Part shown: positions 25,452 to 33,205 of the stretch, piece after piece
Layout: each line of letters opens with the position of its first letter
Numbering within the stretch: position 1 is the first letter of the stretch
Origin: an uncultured Anaerolineae bacterium
GTDB lineage: Bacteria; Chloroflexota; Anaerolineae; DAOTYC01
Reading direction: 5' to 3'
Assembly: GCA_964589015.1 (NCBI GenBank)
Contig: CAZPTF010000005.1
Coordinates: forward strand, 1 to 33,205
Length of the DNA stretch: 33,205 nucleotides
Program-made: the position numbers and the translations under genes
Notes under the pieces: model-generated
What the model was told of the DNA's origin: nothing
The model's database searches: none
What the model saw: only the letters and a program-made list of their open reading frames with translations

Positions 25452-27753
25452 CCTGGGTGGAGGTCAATGGGAGGTCGGCGCCGTTCCCGACCAGGCGACG
25501 CGCGCCGTCACTACACGAGACATCGGTGCGGTCGAGGCATGGCTTCCGGCCACGGTCCCCGGCAACGTGCGCGCCGACCTGCTCGCCGTGGGGTTGATCC
25601 CAGACCCATTCGCCGGCAGGAACAACGAAGCGAGCCACTGGGTGGAAACGCACGACTGGTGGTACCGACGCGAGTTCCTGCTCTCTCTCGGCGAAGGCGA
25701 GCGTGCGTTCCTCGTGTTCGACGGCGTCGATTACTTCTCTGCGGTCTACCTGGACGACGAATTGCTGGGTACTCACGAAGGGATGTTCTCGCGGCAGGTT
25801 TACGAGATTACGGCCCGTGCACGTGGCGCAGCGGGAGCACATCGCCTGGCCGTGCGGCTCCTCGGGCCGGCGCACTTCCCGCGCCGGGACCTGAGCCTGT
25901 TCGAGCGGGCGTGGGATTATCTCTCACGCCACCTGTCCGCCCACAACAGTGCATTCACCGCGCGACTCGACTATCTGAAGTGCCAGATGGGTTTCGGTTG
26001 GGACTTCGCGCCACGCATGCGCACGATTGGCATCTGGGATCAGGTCACGCTGTTCGTGTCGGGCACGGTGTGGATACGGGACATCCGCGTCCAGACCGCG
26101 GTCGAAAGCGACGGGGCCGCGCTGGGGTTCACCGTCCAGCTGGACAGCGCGGGTGACGTGCCGGTCAGCGTGCAGCTCGATATCCGCGAGCGCGACAGCG
26201 GCAGCCTTGTACTGTCCGGAACTCGCGATGCGGCGTTACATGCAGGGCAGCAGAACATCGAGACCACATTGGTTTTGGAGAATCCGCACCTCTGGCAGCC
26301 CTGGGACAGGGGCACGCCCCACCTGTACGACCTGACAGTGCGGGTTGTCCGGCATGGAAGTGCCGGTGGCGATGTCCTCGATTGCCGCAGCCATCCGTTC
26401 GGCATCCGCGCAGTGGCTATGACGCACCTGCGCGGTAGCCCACGCAACAGCGAGCCGTGGCTCCTGACAATCAATGGGCAGCCCGAATTCATACGCGGCG
26501 CCAACTGGGTGCCATTGGACGCCTTGCCGGGAAGAATCCAGGCAAGCGATTACGAGCAGATGTTAGATCAGGCTATTGGTGCCGGTATCAACATGCTCCG
26601 GGTGTGGGGAGGGGGATTACGCGAAAAGGCGGCATTCTACGACTGCTGCGACCGGAAGGGGATGCTGGTCTGGCAGGACTTCCCATTCGCCTGCGCATTC
26701 CTGGGGCACTTCCGGCGTGACGCACTCTATCTGGAGCTAGTGAGGCAGGAATGCGCGGAGATCGTCCGCCAGTTGCGGGATCATCCCAGCGTGGCGTTGT
26801 GGTGCGGCGGAAACGAGTTCAGCCCACGGCGCAACCACCGACTGATCGCTGAGCTGCGAAATGTGGTCACACAGGAAGATGGTACACGACCGTTCAAGCG
26901 CGTCTCTCCGGACCGTCAGGAGAACCACAATTGGCGTGTGTGGCACGGCAGACGCCCGGTCGCGGACTATCGCAAAGAACGGTCCAGTGTTCTGGGAGAA
27001 TTCGGGCTGCAAGCCATTCCCAATTTGGATTCGTTGCGGAAGTTTATCCCCAAACAGGATCTTTGGCCACCAGGCGCAGAATGGGAATACCACAACGCGG
27101 AGATCGAAAAGCTGTTGCAGTATGCGCGACCGTTGCTGCCCGCTGGCACGGACTTGCCGGAATCCGACGCACACGACACAACCACCCTGGAGGCACTCAT
27201 CGCGGCGTCCCAACAGGCCCAGGCCCACGGCCTGCAAGTCGCGGTGGAGCACATGCGCCGGCGCAAGGGGCGGACGAGCGGGATCCTGCTGTGGCAGCTC
27301 AACGAGCCCTGGCCGGCGATTTGTTGGAGCATCATCGATTACTACCGGCAGCCGAAGGCGGCGTACCAAAAGCTGTGCACCGTCTACAATCCCGTACTGC
27401 TGAGCGCTGCGTATCCCTTGCGACGTTACGAGCGCGGTGACCGGCTCAGCATCGAGCTGTGGACCATCAACGATCGGTTGGAACCGCTCGAGTCCGCTTT
27501 CGCGGAGGCCGTGTTGGACGGCGAGACGATCCTCCGCTGCGCGGTCAGCGTGCCCGCCGATAGCAGCCGGCACATTGCCCACACGCTGTACACGTTGGAC
27601 CACACGCCACAGAGGCTCTGTCTCAGCCTGACAGGGCGGTCGGGCGAAGTCCTTTCCGCTAACGAGTACAACCTGACCTATGCGGAGACGCACGGACTAC
27701 ACTGGCGGCCCTACCTGACCGCCAGATTGGTCGAGTTGCTGATGAGATGGTAA
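25432..27753 (+). CDS. Glycoside hydrolase family 2, beta-mannosidase-like
   Basis: VPGNV, FDGVDY, FGWDFAP, GANWVP, NMLRVWGGG, WQDF, WCGGNE (acid/base), GEFG (nucleophile), WQLNEPWP; no signal peptide. Confidence 0.88.
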   Translation: MQPRQIDLGGGQWEVGAVPDQATRAVTTRDIGAVEAWLPATVPGNVRADLLAVGLIPDPFAGRNNEASHWVETHDWWYRREFLLSLGEGERAFLVFDGVDYFSAVYLDDELLGTHEGMFSRQVYEITARARGAAGAHRLAVRLLGPAHFPRRDLSLFERAWDYLSRHLSAHNSAFTARLDYLKCQMGFGWDFAPRMRTIGIWDQVTLFVSGTVWIRDIRVQTAVESDGAALGFTVQLDSAGDVPVSVQLDIRERDSGSLVLSGTRDAALHAGQQNIETTLVLENPHLWQPWDRGTPHLYDLTVRVVRHGSAGGDVLDCRSHPFGIRAVAMTHLRGSPRNSEPWLLTINGQPEFIRGANWVPLDALPGRIQASDYEQMLDQAIGAGINMLRVWGGGLREKAAFYDCCDRKGMLVWQDFPFACAFLGHFRRDALYLELVRQECAEIVRQLRDHPSVALWCGGNEFSPRRNHRLIAELRNVVTQEDGTRPFKRVSPDRQENHNWRVWHGRRPVADYRKERSSVLGEFGLQAIPNLDSLRKFIPKQDLWPPGAEWEYHNAEIEKLLQYARPLLPAGTDLPESDAHDTTTLEALIAASQQAQAHGLQVAVEHMRRRKGRTSGILLWQLNEPWPAICWSIIDYYRQPKAAYQKLCTVYNPVLLSAAYPLRRYERGDRLSIELWTINDRLEPLESAFAEAVLDGETILRCAVSVPADSSRHIAHTLYTLDHTPQRLCLSLTGRSGEVLSANEYNLTYAETHGLHWRPYLTARLVELLMRW

Positions 27754-27773
27754 CAGTGACGGACGAGGGGTGC

Positions 27774-27802
27774 AAAAAAAGAGGAGCGTCGCTGCACTCC
27801 TC
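27774..27802 (-). terminator. Rho-independent terminator of the tRNA gene
   Basis: Minus strand GAGGAGTG-cagcga-CGCTCCTC followed by T7. Confidence 0.85.
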
Positions 27803-27813
27803 CGTCCATGTGA

Positions 27814-27886
27814 TGGGCCTACCTGGACTCGAACCAGGGACCAACCGGTTATGAGCCGGCCGCTCTAACCGCTGAGCTATAGGCCC
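27814..27886 (-). tRNA. tRNA with CAT anticodon, most likely tRNA-Ile2 (lysidine); CCA not encoded
   Basis: Minus strand GGGCCTATAGCTCAGCGGTTAGAGCGGCCGGCTCATAACCGGTTGGTCCCTGGTTCGAGTCCAGGTAGGCCCA folds into a cloverleaf. Paired 1:72 and no triple G-C initiator stem, so not fMet; resembles bacterial Ile2 sequences. Confidence 0.93.
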
Positions 27887-27911
27887 AATCCAATTAAGTT
27901 GGGTAACGTCT

Positions 27912-27940
27912 ATTATAGCGCACTATTCGAGCTGAGTCAA
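27912..27940 (-). promoter_or_regulatory. Near-consensus sigma70 promoter of the tRNA
   Basis: Minus strand: TTGACT (27940-27935), 17 bp, TATAAT (27917-27912). Confidence 0.8.
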
Positions 27941-27943
27941 TCA

Positions 27944-27952
27944 TGGTATAAT
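27944..27952 (+). promoter_or_regulatory. Extended -10 promoter, probably giving a leaderless mRNA
   Basis: TGgTATAAT, 6 nt, then ATG 27959; no Shine-Dalgarno. Confidence 0.65.
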
Positions 27953-27958
27953 CGTGAA

Positions 27959-28645
27959 ATGAAGTCGAATCGCCTGGTCCGGATGTTGTTCGTACCCATC
28001 ATGCTGCTGCTAGCGGGATGCGCGGTCCACGGCACCGCGCCGCGGCTCGCTATCCCCGCTTCGCTGCTAAAGGACAGCGAGACAGCCGCGCAGCAGGTGC
28101 AAGACTGCCATCTCAGAGTGGGGTTGGAATTCACCAACACATTGCTGGAAGACAAGCAGGTGCTCGAAATCTGGTATGCGCGACCCGATAAGATGCGTCT
28201 GGAGATCCTGCAGAGCTCTCATCCAGGCTTTCAGGACATCATCGCGGCATCCGAAGGAACACTGGGGTGGATGTACCAGCACCACAATAATCGGGTCGAT
28301 GCCGGTCCCATCGAAACGGTGAAACCGGCCATCGTGTTTGACCTGGTCCGTTCGGCACTGGAACTGTTGTGGGAATCTCGGAGCATTCAGGTTGACGACA
28401 TCGCGGTCGACTACGTAAACAGAGAGTGGGTATTCCGGCTCTCCAGCCGGACAGAGCAGGTCACATGCACGTTATGGCTGAACACCGCTTCCCTGCTCCC
28501 TGTCAGACTGCACTATCGAGACCCCAAACTGGGGCAATACACCATGACCATCTCCGAGGCCGAATACAATCTGGGGCTCACAGCGGAGTTGTTCGACCTT
28601 ACGCTTCTGCCCACCAACGACTATACGGTCCGGTCATTCGATTGA
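27959..28645 (+). CDS. Lipoprotein with LolA/RseB-like (lipoprotein-sorting) fold
   Basis: Lipobox LLAG-C; IWYARPDKMRLE, SEGTLGWMY, TLWLNTASLLPVR and YNLGLTAELFDL are patterns typical of LolA-like folds. Confidence 0.7.
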   Translation: MKSNRLVRMLFVPIMLLLAGCAVHGTAPRLAIPASLLKDSETAAQQVQDCHLRVGLEFTNTLLEDKQVLEIWYARPDKMRLEILQSSHPGFQDIIAASEGTLGWMYQHHNNRVDAGPIETVKPAIVFDLVRSALELLWESRSIQVDDIAVDYVNREWVFRLSSRTEQVTCTLWLNTASLLPVRLHYRDPKLGQYTMTISEAEYNLGLTAELFDLTLLPTNDYTVRSFD

Positions 28646-28683
28646 CCGGCGACGGAGATCATCTTGTGACAGGAGCATTCGCC

Positions 28684-30255
28684 ATGCCGGGTCCGAAGGC
28701 AGAGACCAGCTTTGCAACCGGTGAACCCATGCCGGCTGATGAGTTCAGTAAGGTGTTATCTGCAGCCCGCCAGGCCATCGAAAGCGGGGGGCTAACCGCA
28801 GCACAAGCCCGGCAGGTCGCCTCCCTGGCGGTCAGCCAATTCTGGGCATGTTACCTGACCGACGGCTCTTATACGCCGGATGCAATCCGCTTGCTCTGTG
28901 AGATCGTCGTGCACGCAGACCCAGGAATCGCACGCGCCGGTCAGCACACGTTGTTCACAGCGCTCGTCGAGCCGCTCAGCGATGCGTTCGATCCTGCGTT
29001 CTGCGAGTTGTACGACCACACCTTCGCCCAGATCATCGACTGCTGCCGCCGCCAGCCAACTGGTAAGGCGTTGGACGATACCTTGCGACGTTTCGGACTC
29101 TACAGCATTCAAGACATTCTCCAGCGGCGACGGCGCTTGGAGGAATCGGTAGTTCGCTGCCAGGTTAGTCCCGAACGCGCCCGGAAAGTCTTCCTGCCAT
29201 CTCGGGTCACGCTTGGTGCAGAAGTCGCGATCACAGCGACGCTGCTGGCGCGCATTCGGAACGTCTTCCATCATGCGCAATGCGTCCTGCTTGCCGCTCC
29301 CGCTATCCGGCAGATCTTTGCAGAGGATGAACGGATAACCATCCGCGAAGTACGCTACAGCCGGGCGCAGGGTCTCATCGAGCAACTCGGCAGTTGGCTC
29401 GAGATGTTACATATCATCCGCGAGGAGACAGAAGGTCTCGCACCAGACGAGTTTCTCGTCGTCGACCCTGACTCGCGATTGACACAGTTGGGCTTGCTTC
29501 CAGTAGTCGAAGATCACTCCCGGTACCTGTTCTTCCCCAGCCGGTCGATTGGAGAGGACGAGCCGGAATCGATCGGAGCGTTGGCGGACCGCTGGGCAAG
29601 CCAGGTATTCGGAGGACCCGCTCGGCTCTACCCCACGCTCAGCTTGCCGCACACCGACCGGGACTTTGCTAAATCCCTGTGCCAACACATGCGAAACGCC
29701 GGTGCATCTTGCCTCGTCGTGATGAACTTTGGAGTGGGCGGCAATCTGGAGAAACGGCTGCCGGAGGAATTCGAGTTTCAACTGGTTCGCAGGCTCATCG
29801 AGAACGGCAGTACCATCGTCCTGGCGAAAGGGATCGGTGAGGAGGAGATTGCCCGGTCGGAACGGCTGTTGGTGCAGCTCACGAGCAGCGGGGAAGTCAC
29901 ACGGGAATTGGATACCACTCAGACGCTTGCCGTTCCGCCAAACGAGGTCCTGCGATGTGCCGTGTTGGCCTGGCAAGGCCAGGTCGGCACGTATTGCGCG
30001 CTGATCGAGAACAGCGACGAATACATCGGCTATGACTCCGGAGGGCAGCACATCGCGGCAGCGTTGGGGACGCCGACGATAGACATTTTCGCGCATAGCC
30101 CTTACCCGCGCTTCATGCAGCGCTGGCGCCCGTATGGCCCTGGAAGTGTCTGCGTCATCGACGCCACACAATCCGGGCGGGCACAGCTACATGATCTCGA
30201 TTCGACCATCGAACAGATCCTGGACTGTCACCGGGCGAAACGGCGGGATGTGTAG
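28684..30255 (+). CDS. Glycosyltransferase family 9-like (heptosyltransferase-like) protein with N-terminal helical extension
   Basis: SRVTLGAEVAIT (corresponds to the GT9 ..LGD.. motif), GVGGNLEKRLP, YIGYDSGGQHIAAALGTPTIDIF, RWRPYG; AGGAG RBS before ATG 28684. Confidence 0.7.
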   Translation: MPGPKAETSFATGEPMPADEFSKVLSAARQAIESGGLTAAQARQVASLAVSQFWACYLTDGSYTPDAIRLLCEIVVHADPGIARAGQHTLFTALVEPLSDAFDPAFCELYDHTFAQIIDCCRRQPTGKALDDTLRRFGLYSIQDILQRRRRLEESVVRCQVSPERARKVFLPSRVTLGAEVAITATLLARIRNVFHHAQCVLLAAPAIRQIFAEDERITIREVRYSRAQGLIEQLGSWLEMLHIIREETEGLAPDEFLVVDPDSRLTQLGLLPVVEDHSRYLFFPSRSIGEDEPESIGALADRWASQVFGGPARLYPTLSLPHTDRDFAKSLCQHMRNAGASCLVVMNFGVGGNLEKRLPEEFEFQLVRRLIENGSTIVLAKGIGEEEIARSERLLVQLTSSGEVTRELDTTQTLAVPPNEVLRCAVLAWQGQVGTYCALIENSDEYIGYDSGGQHIAAALGTPTIDIFAHSPYPRFMQRWRPYGPGSVCVIDATQSGRAQLHDLDSTIEQILDCHRAKRRDV

Positions 30256-30347
30256 CAATAAATCGACGCGGCAAAGTAAGAGGAGTGGCTTGGGAGGCGT
30301 CAGAAAGGCAGAGCGGGGCAAACATTGTGAGAAGGGGGAGATGACTC

Positions 30348-31523
30348 ATGCCAACCAATTCATTGCTCGAACTGACCAAACTTGGACAGAGTATCTGGTA
30401 CGACAACATCAGCCGCGAGCTACTCGATTCCGGAGAACTCAAGCGCATGGTCGAAGAAGATGGCGTGACCGGCGTCACTTCTAATCCGACTATTTTTGAC
30501 AAAGCCATCGCCGGCAGCACTGCATACGACGCTGAAATCAGAAGCCTGTTACAAAGGGGCGCAACGCCTCACGACATATACGAAAGCCTGGTCGTGAAGG
30601 ATGTGCGCACTGCAGCGGACATCTTGCGCCCGGTCTTCGATGCAACCAGTGGTGCAGATGGCTACGTGAGCCTGGAGGTCTCTCCACTTCTGGCAGGCAA
30701 CACCGAGGAGACCATTTCGCAGGCCAGACAGCTCTTCTCCCTGGTCGACCGGCCCAATTTGATGATCAAGGTTCCAGCCACCCAAGAAGGTATTCCGGCA
30801 GTCGAGGCCCTGATCGGAGAGGGAATCCATGTCAACGTCACACTGATCTTCTCCCTGACCAGTTACCGGCAGGTCGCCGATGCCTACGTCAGGGGACTCG
30901 CGCAGCGGCGCGCAAGCGGACAACCGTTGAATCGCGTGACGTCAGTGGCCAGCTTCTTTGTCAGTCGCGTGGACACGGTCGTCGATGCACGACTCGCGCA
31001 GCGTATTGCAGCGGAGAGCGATCCCGGAAGGAAGCAGGCATTGAAGCGGCTGTTCGGAACAGCTGCCATCGCCAACTCCAAGATGGCGTATCGGATCTTC
31101 ACCGAAATCTTCGGTCGCCCATTCGACTCGCTGCATGCGGCAGGCGCACACAAACAACGCGTACTGTGGGCGAGCACCAGCACCAAAAATCCGGCATACC
31201 GTGATGTGCTTTACGTCGAAGAGCTCATCGGCCCCCACACGGTCAACACGATGCCTCCAGCCACACTGGTTGCCTTCCGCGACCACGGCATAGCGAAACC
31301 CACGCTGGAGACAGATGTCGAGCAAGCCGAGGCGAATCTGAAAGCGCTGCAAGAGGCCGGTATCGATCTGAACGAAGTAACGGACGAATTGCTGGACGCC
31401 GGCGTCGCTGCGTTTGCCAAGTCCTTCGAAGAGCTCATGGCTTGTATCACGCAGAAACAAACACAGTTTCTTGCCAACCGCGAGCAAGGTCAGGATGGTG
31501 GGTTAGGAACATGTGCACGCTGA
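30348..31523 (+). CDS. tal: Transaldolase (long type)
   Basis: GQSIWYDNISR, GVTSNPTIF, GYVSLEVSP, NLMIKVPAT (Schiff-base Lys), NVTLIFS, SVASFFVSRVD, LWASTSTKNP. Confidence 0.96.
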   Translation: MPTNSLLELTKLGQSIWYDNISRELLDSGELKRMVEEDGVTGVTSNPTIFDKAIAGSTAYDAEIRSLLQRGATPHDIYESLVVKDVRTAADILRPVFDATSGADGYVSLEVSPLLAGNTEETISQARQLFSLVDRPNLMIKVPATQEGIPAVEALIGEGIHVNVTLIFSLTSYRQVADAYVRGLAQRRASGQPLNRVTSVASFFVSRVDTVVDARLAQRIAAESDPGRKQALKRLFGTAAIANSKMAYRIFTEIFGRPFDSLHAAGAHKQRVLWASTSTKNPAYRDVLYVEELIGPHTVNTMPPATLVAFRDHGIAKPTLETDVEQAEANLKALQEAGIDLNEVTDELLDAGVAAFAKSFEELMACITQKQTQFLANREQGQDGGLGTCAR

Positions 31524-31573
31524 CCGATCAACGCCGGAACCTGCCATGAAGGCTCCGCTTGGCGATCGGGCTG

Positions 31574-33121
31574 CTAGCTGTCCACGGCACCCTGGTCCCT
31601 CAGCAGTCGATTCATGAGGGCTTTCTCCACGGCAGCGTGTTCGCTCCACGGATATTCCGTCGTACCAAAACACATCGATTGCTCATGTCCTTTGCCGGCG
31701 GTCATCACCAGATCGCCCGGTTGCGCCAGATCGACTGCGAACTGGATGGCCTCGGCGCGATTAGCGATGCGCCAATAGCTCTCCCCCTCACGTTTGCCCT
31801 CCGCCTCGCAGCCGGCCGCGATCGCCGCCATGATCTCGTCCAGGCTCTCGGTACGCGGATCTTCCGCGGTGATCACCACCCGATCCGCCAAGCGCCCCGC
31901 GTGCCGGCCCATCATGTCCCGCTTGTACACATCGCGAAGCCCCGCGCAGCCAAAGACCACGATCACCTGCCCAGTCGTCATCGAGCGGGCGGCCTGCAAC
32001 GCACGTTCCAGAGCGTTCGGTGTGTGCGCGAAATCGATGAGCACCGTAAAATCCTGTCCGCGCTCGACGCGCTCCATCCGTCCGATCACTCCGCGCACAC
32101 TCTGAATCCCCTGCTGGATCCGCTCCAGCGGTACATGCTGGGATATCCCGACCGCTGTAGCAGCCAGGATATTGTACACGTTGAACTGCCCCACGAGCGA
32201 CGTCCTTACCTGAAATTTCCCATCCGGTGTGAAGACCCTAAATGAGCTGTATTCGTTCTCGCACGCGATGTCTTCAGCCCAGACGTCAACACCCGCGGAC
32301 AGCCCATAAACGAGCCGGGCATCCGCAGGGATCGGTTCCAGCAGCGCATAGGAGATGTCATCTCGGTTCAACACGGCGATCTTCGGCACATCCGGCTTGC
32401 GAAAGGCGGTCGAGAGTCCGCGGAACAGCATGGCCTTGGCCGCGCGATACCCGTCATAATCGCGGTGGTAGTCCAGATGTTCGTGAGTGATATTGGTCAC
32501 GACGGCCACGTCCTGTTCCGCGCCGGTCACGCGATGCTGTGCAAGCCCATGAGACGTCGCCTCTAGCACCACATATTCCAGGTTGGCATCGACCATCTGC
32601 GCCAAGTATTTCTGGAGATCCGGAGCGTCCGGGGTCGTCGTGTGCAGTCCGGTATCGAGCATGAGCTCACCGATCCGCGCGTTCACCGTGCTGATCATCC
32701 CGGCGCGATGCCCGGCGGCCTGCAGGATAGACCAGATCAGGTTCACCGTGGTGGTCTTGCCGTCGGTGCCGGTCACACCGATCACGCGCAGCTTTCGGGC
32801 CGGGTAGCCGCAAGCTGCCGCTGCCATCCAGGCCAGTGCCGCACGTGTGTTCTCGACCTGGACGACCGTCGCCGAGGATACGCACTGCGGATCGAATGAG
32901 CCGCCGCGCTCGACGACCACAACTCGGGCCCCGTGCGCGAGCGCAGCGCCGATGAAACGATGTCCATCCGTATTGCCCCCGCGCATAGCAACGAATACAT
33001 CGCCCACTTGTACCTTTCGTGAATCGCTGGTGAGCGAAACCACCTCGATATCAGCATCCCCGGATAGAAGCCGGTAGTCCGTATCCGCCAGTAGTTGAAG
33101 AAGTCTCATTATCTTATCCAC
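31574..33121 (-). CDS. murE: UDP-MurNAc-L-Ala-D-Glu:diamino-acid ligase MurE
   Basis: DSRKV, DGH, GVTGTDGKTT, TTPDA, EATSHGL, TNITHEHLDYH, DFAHTP, AEDPR, AGKGHE. Start is GTG 33121 or ATG 33109. Confidence 0.95.
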   Translation of the reverse strand: MDKIMRLLQLLADTDYRLLSGDADIEVVSLTSDSRKVQVGDVFVAMRGGNTDGHRFIGAALAHGARVVVVERGGSFDPQCVSSATVVQVENTRAALAWMAAAACGYPARKLRVIGVTGTDGKTTTVNLIWSILQAAGHRAGMISTVNARIGELMLDTGLHTTTPDAPDLQKYLAQMVDANLEYVVLEATSHGLAQHRVTGAEQDVAVVTNITHEHLDYHRDYDGYRAAKAMLFRGLSTAFRKPDVPKIAVLNRDDISYALLEPIPADARLVYGLSAGVDVWAEDIACENEYSSFRVFTPDGKFQVRTSLVGQFNVYNILAATAVGISQHVPLERIQQGIQSVRGVIGRMERVERGQDFTVLIDFAHTPNALERALQAARSMTTGQVIVVFGCAGLRDVYKRDMMGRHAGRLADRVVITAEDPRTESLDEIMAAIAAGCEAEGKREGESYWRIANRAEAIQFAVDLAQPGDLVMTAGKGHEQSMCFGTTEYPWSEHAAVEKALMNRLLRDQGAVDS

Positions 33122-33155
33122 GCCTCAATTACAGATGATGAAATCGACATCCTAC

Positions 33156-33184
33156 ATCGTAGAACGGGGGGACTGGATTGTCAA
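33156..33184 (-). promoter_or_regulatory. Sigma70 promoter of murE
   Basis: Minus strand: TTGACA (33184-33179), 17 bp, TACGAT (33161-33156). Confidence 0.7.
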
Positions 33185-33205
33185 AAGAAGCAACCCCTCG
33201 GAGCC

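Noticed and set aside
27754-27900. tRNA as an integration site for a genomic island
   Set aside because: No integrase, no duplicated tRNA 3' end and no evident compositional shift in the window.

Overview
A GC-rich bacterial chromosomal window. Gene content (EDPR-type MurE, kinase-TolB fusion, YfhO, CcdA-thioredoxin fusion) suggests Chloroflexota/Anaerolineae-like; this is inference. In order it holds: a proteostasis cluster (htrA 3' part, hsp20, lon); a membrane Ser/Thr kinase; envelope genes (murJ, yfhO-like, signal peptidase I); an MBL hydrolase; an AlaX-DHHA1 tRNA-editing gene; a thioredoxin/CcdA fusion; a GT4 and an Und-P sugar transferase; a YgeY-like hydrolase and a macrodomain protein; an aminotransferase / PEP-utilising phosphotransferase / CPBP / GH2 operon; tRNA-Ile2(CAT); a LolA-like lipoprotein, GT9-like protein and transaldolase; and murE. 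No mobile element or CRISPR array was seen. Two things stand out. (1) The AlaX gene is intact except for one in-frame TGA right after the Zn-binding CGGTH motif, making it a candidate selenoprotein (or a recent nonsense mutant). (2) The hsp20 and lon promoters share an identically positioned array of four 11-bp-spaced CTAAC repeats replacing the -35 box, suggesting a non-CIRCE/CtsR/HspR stress regulon run by an OmpR/PhoB-type activator.
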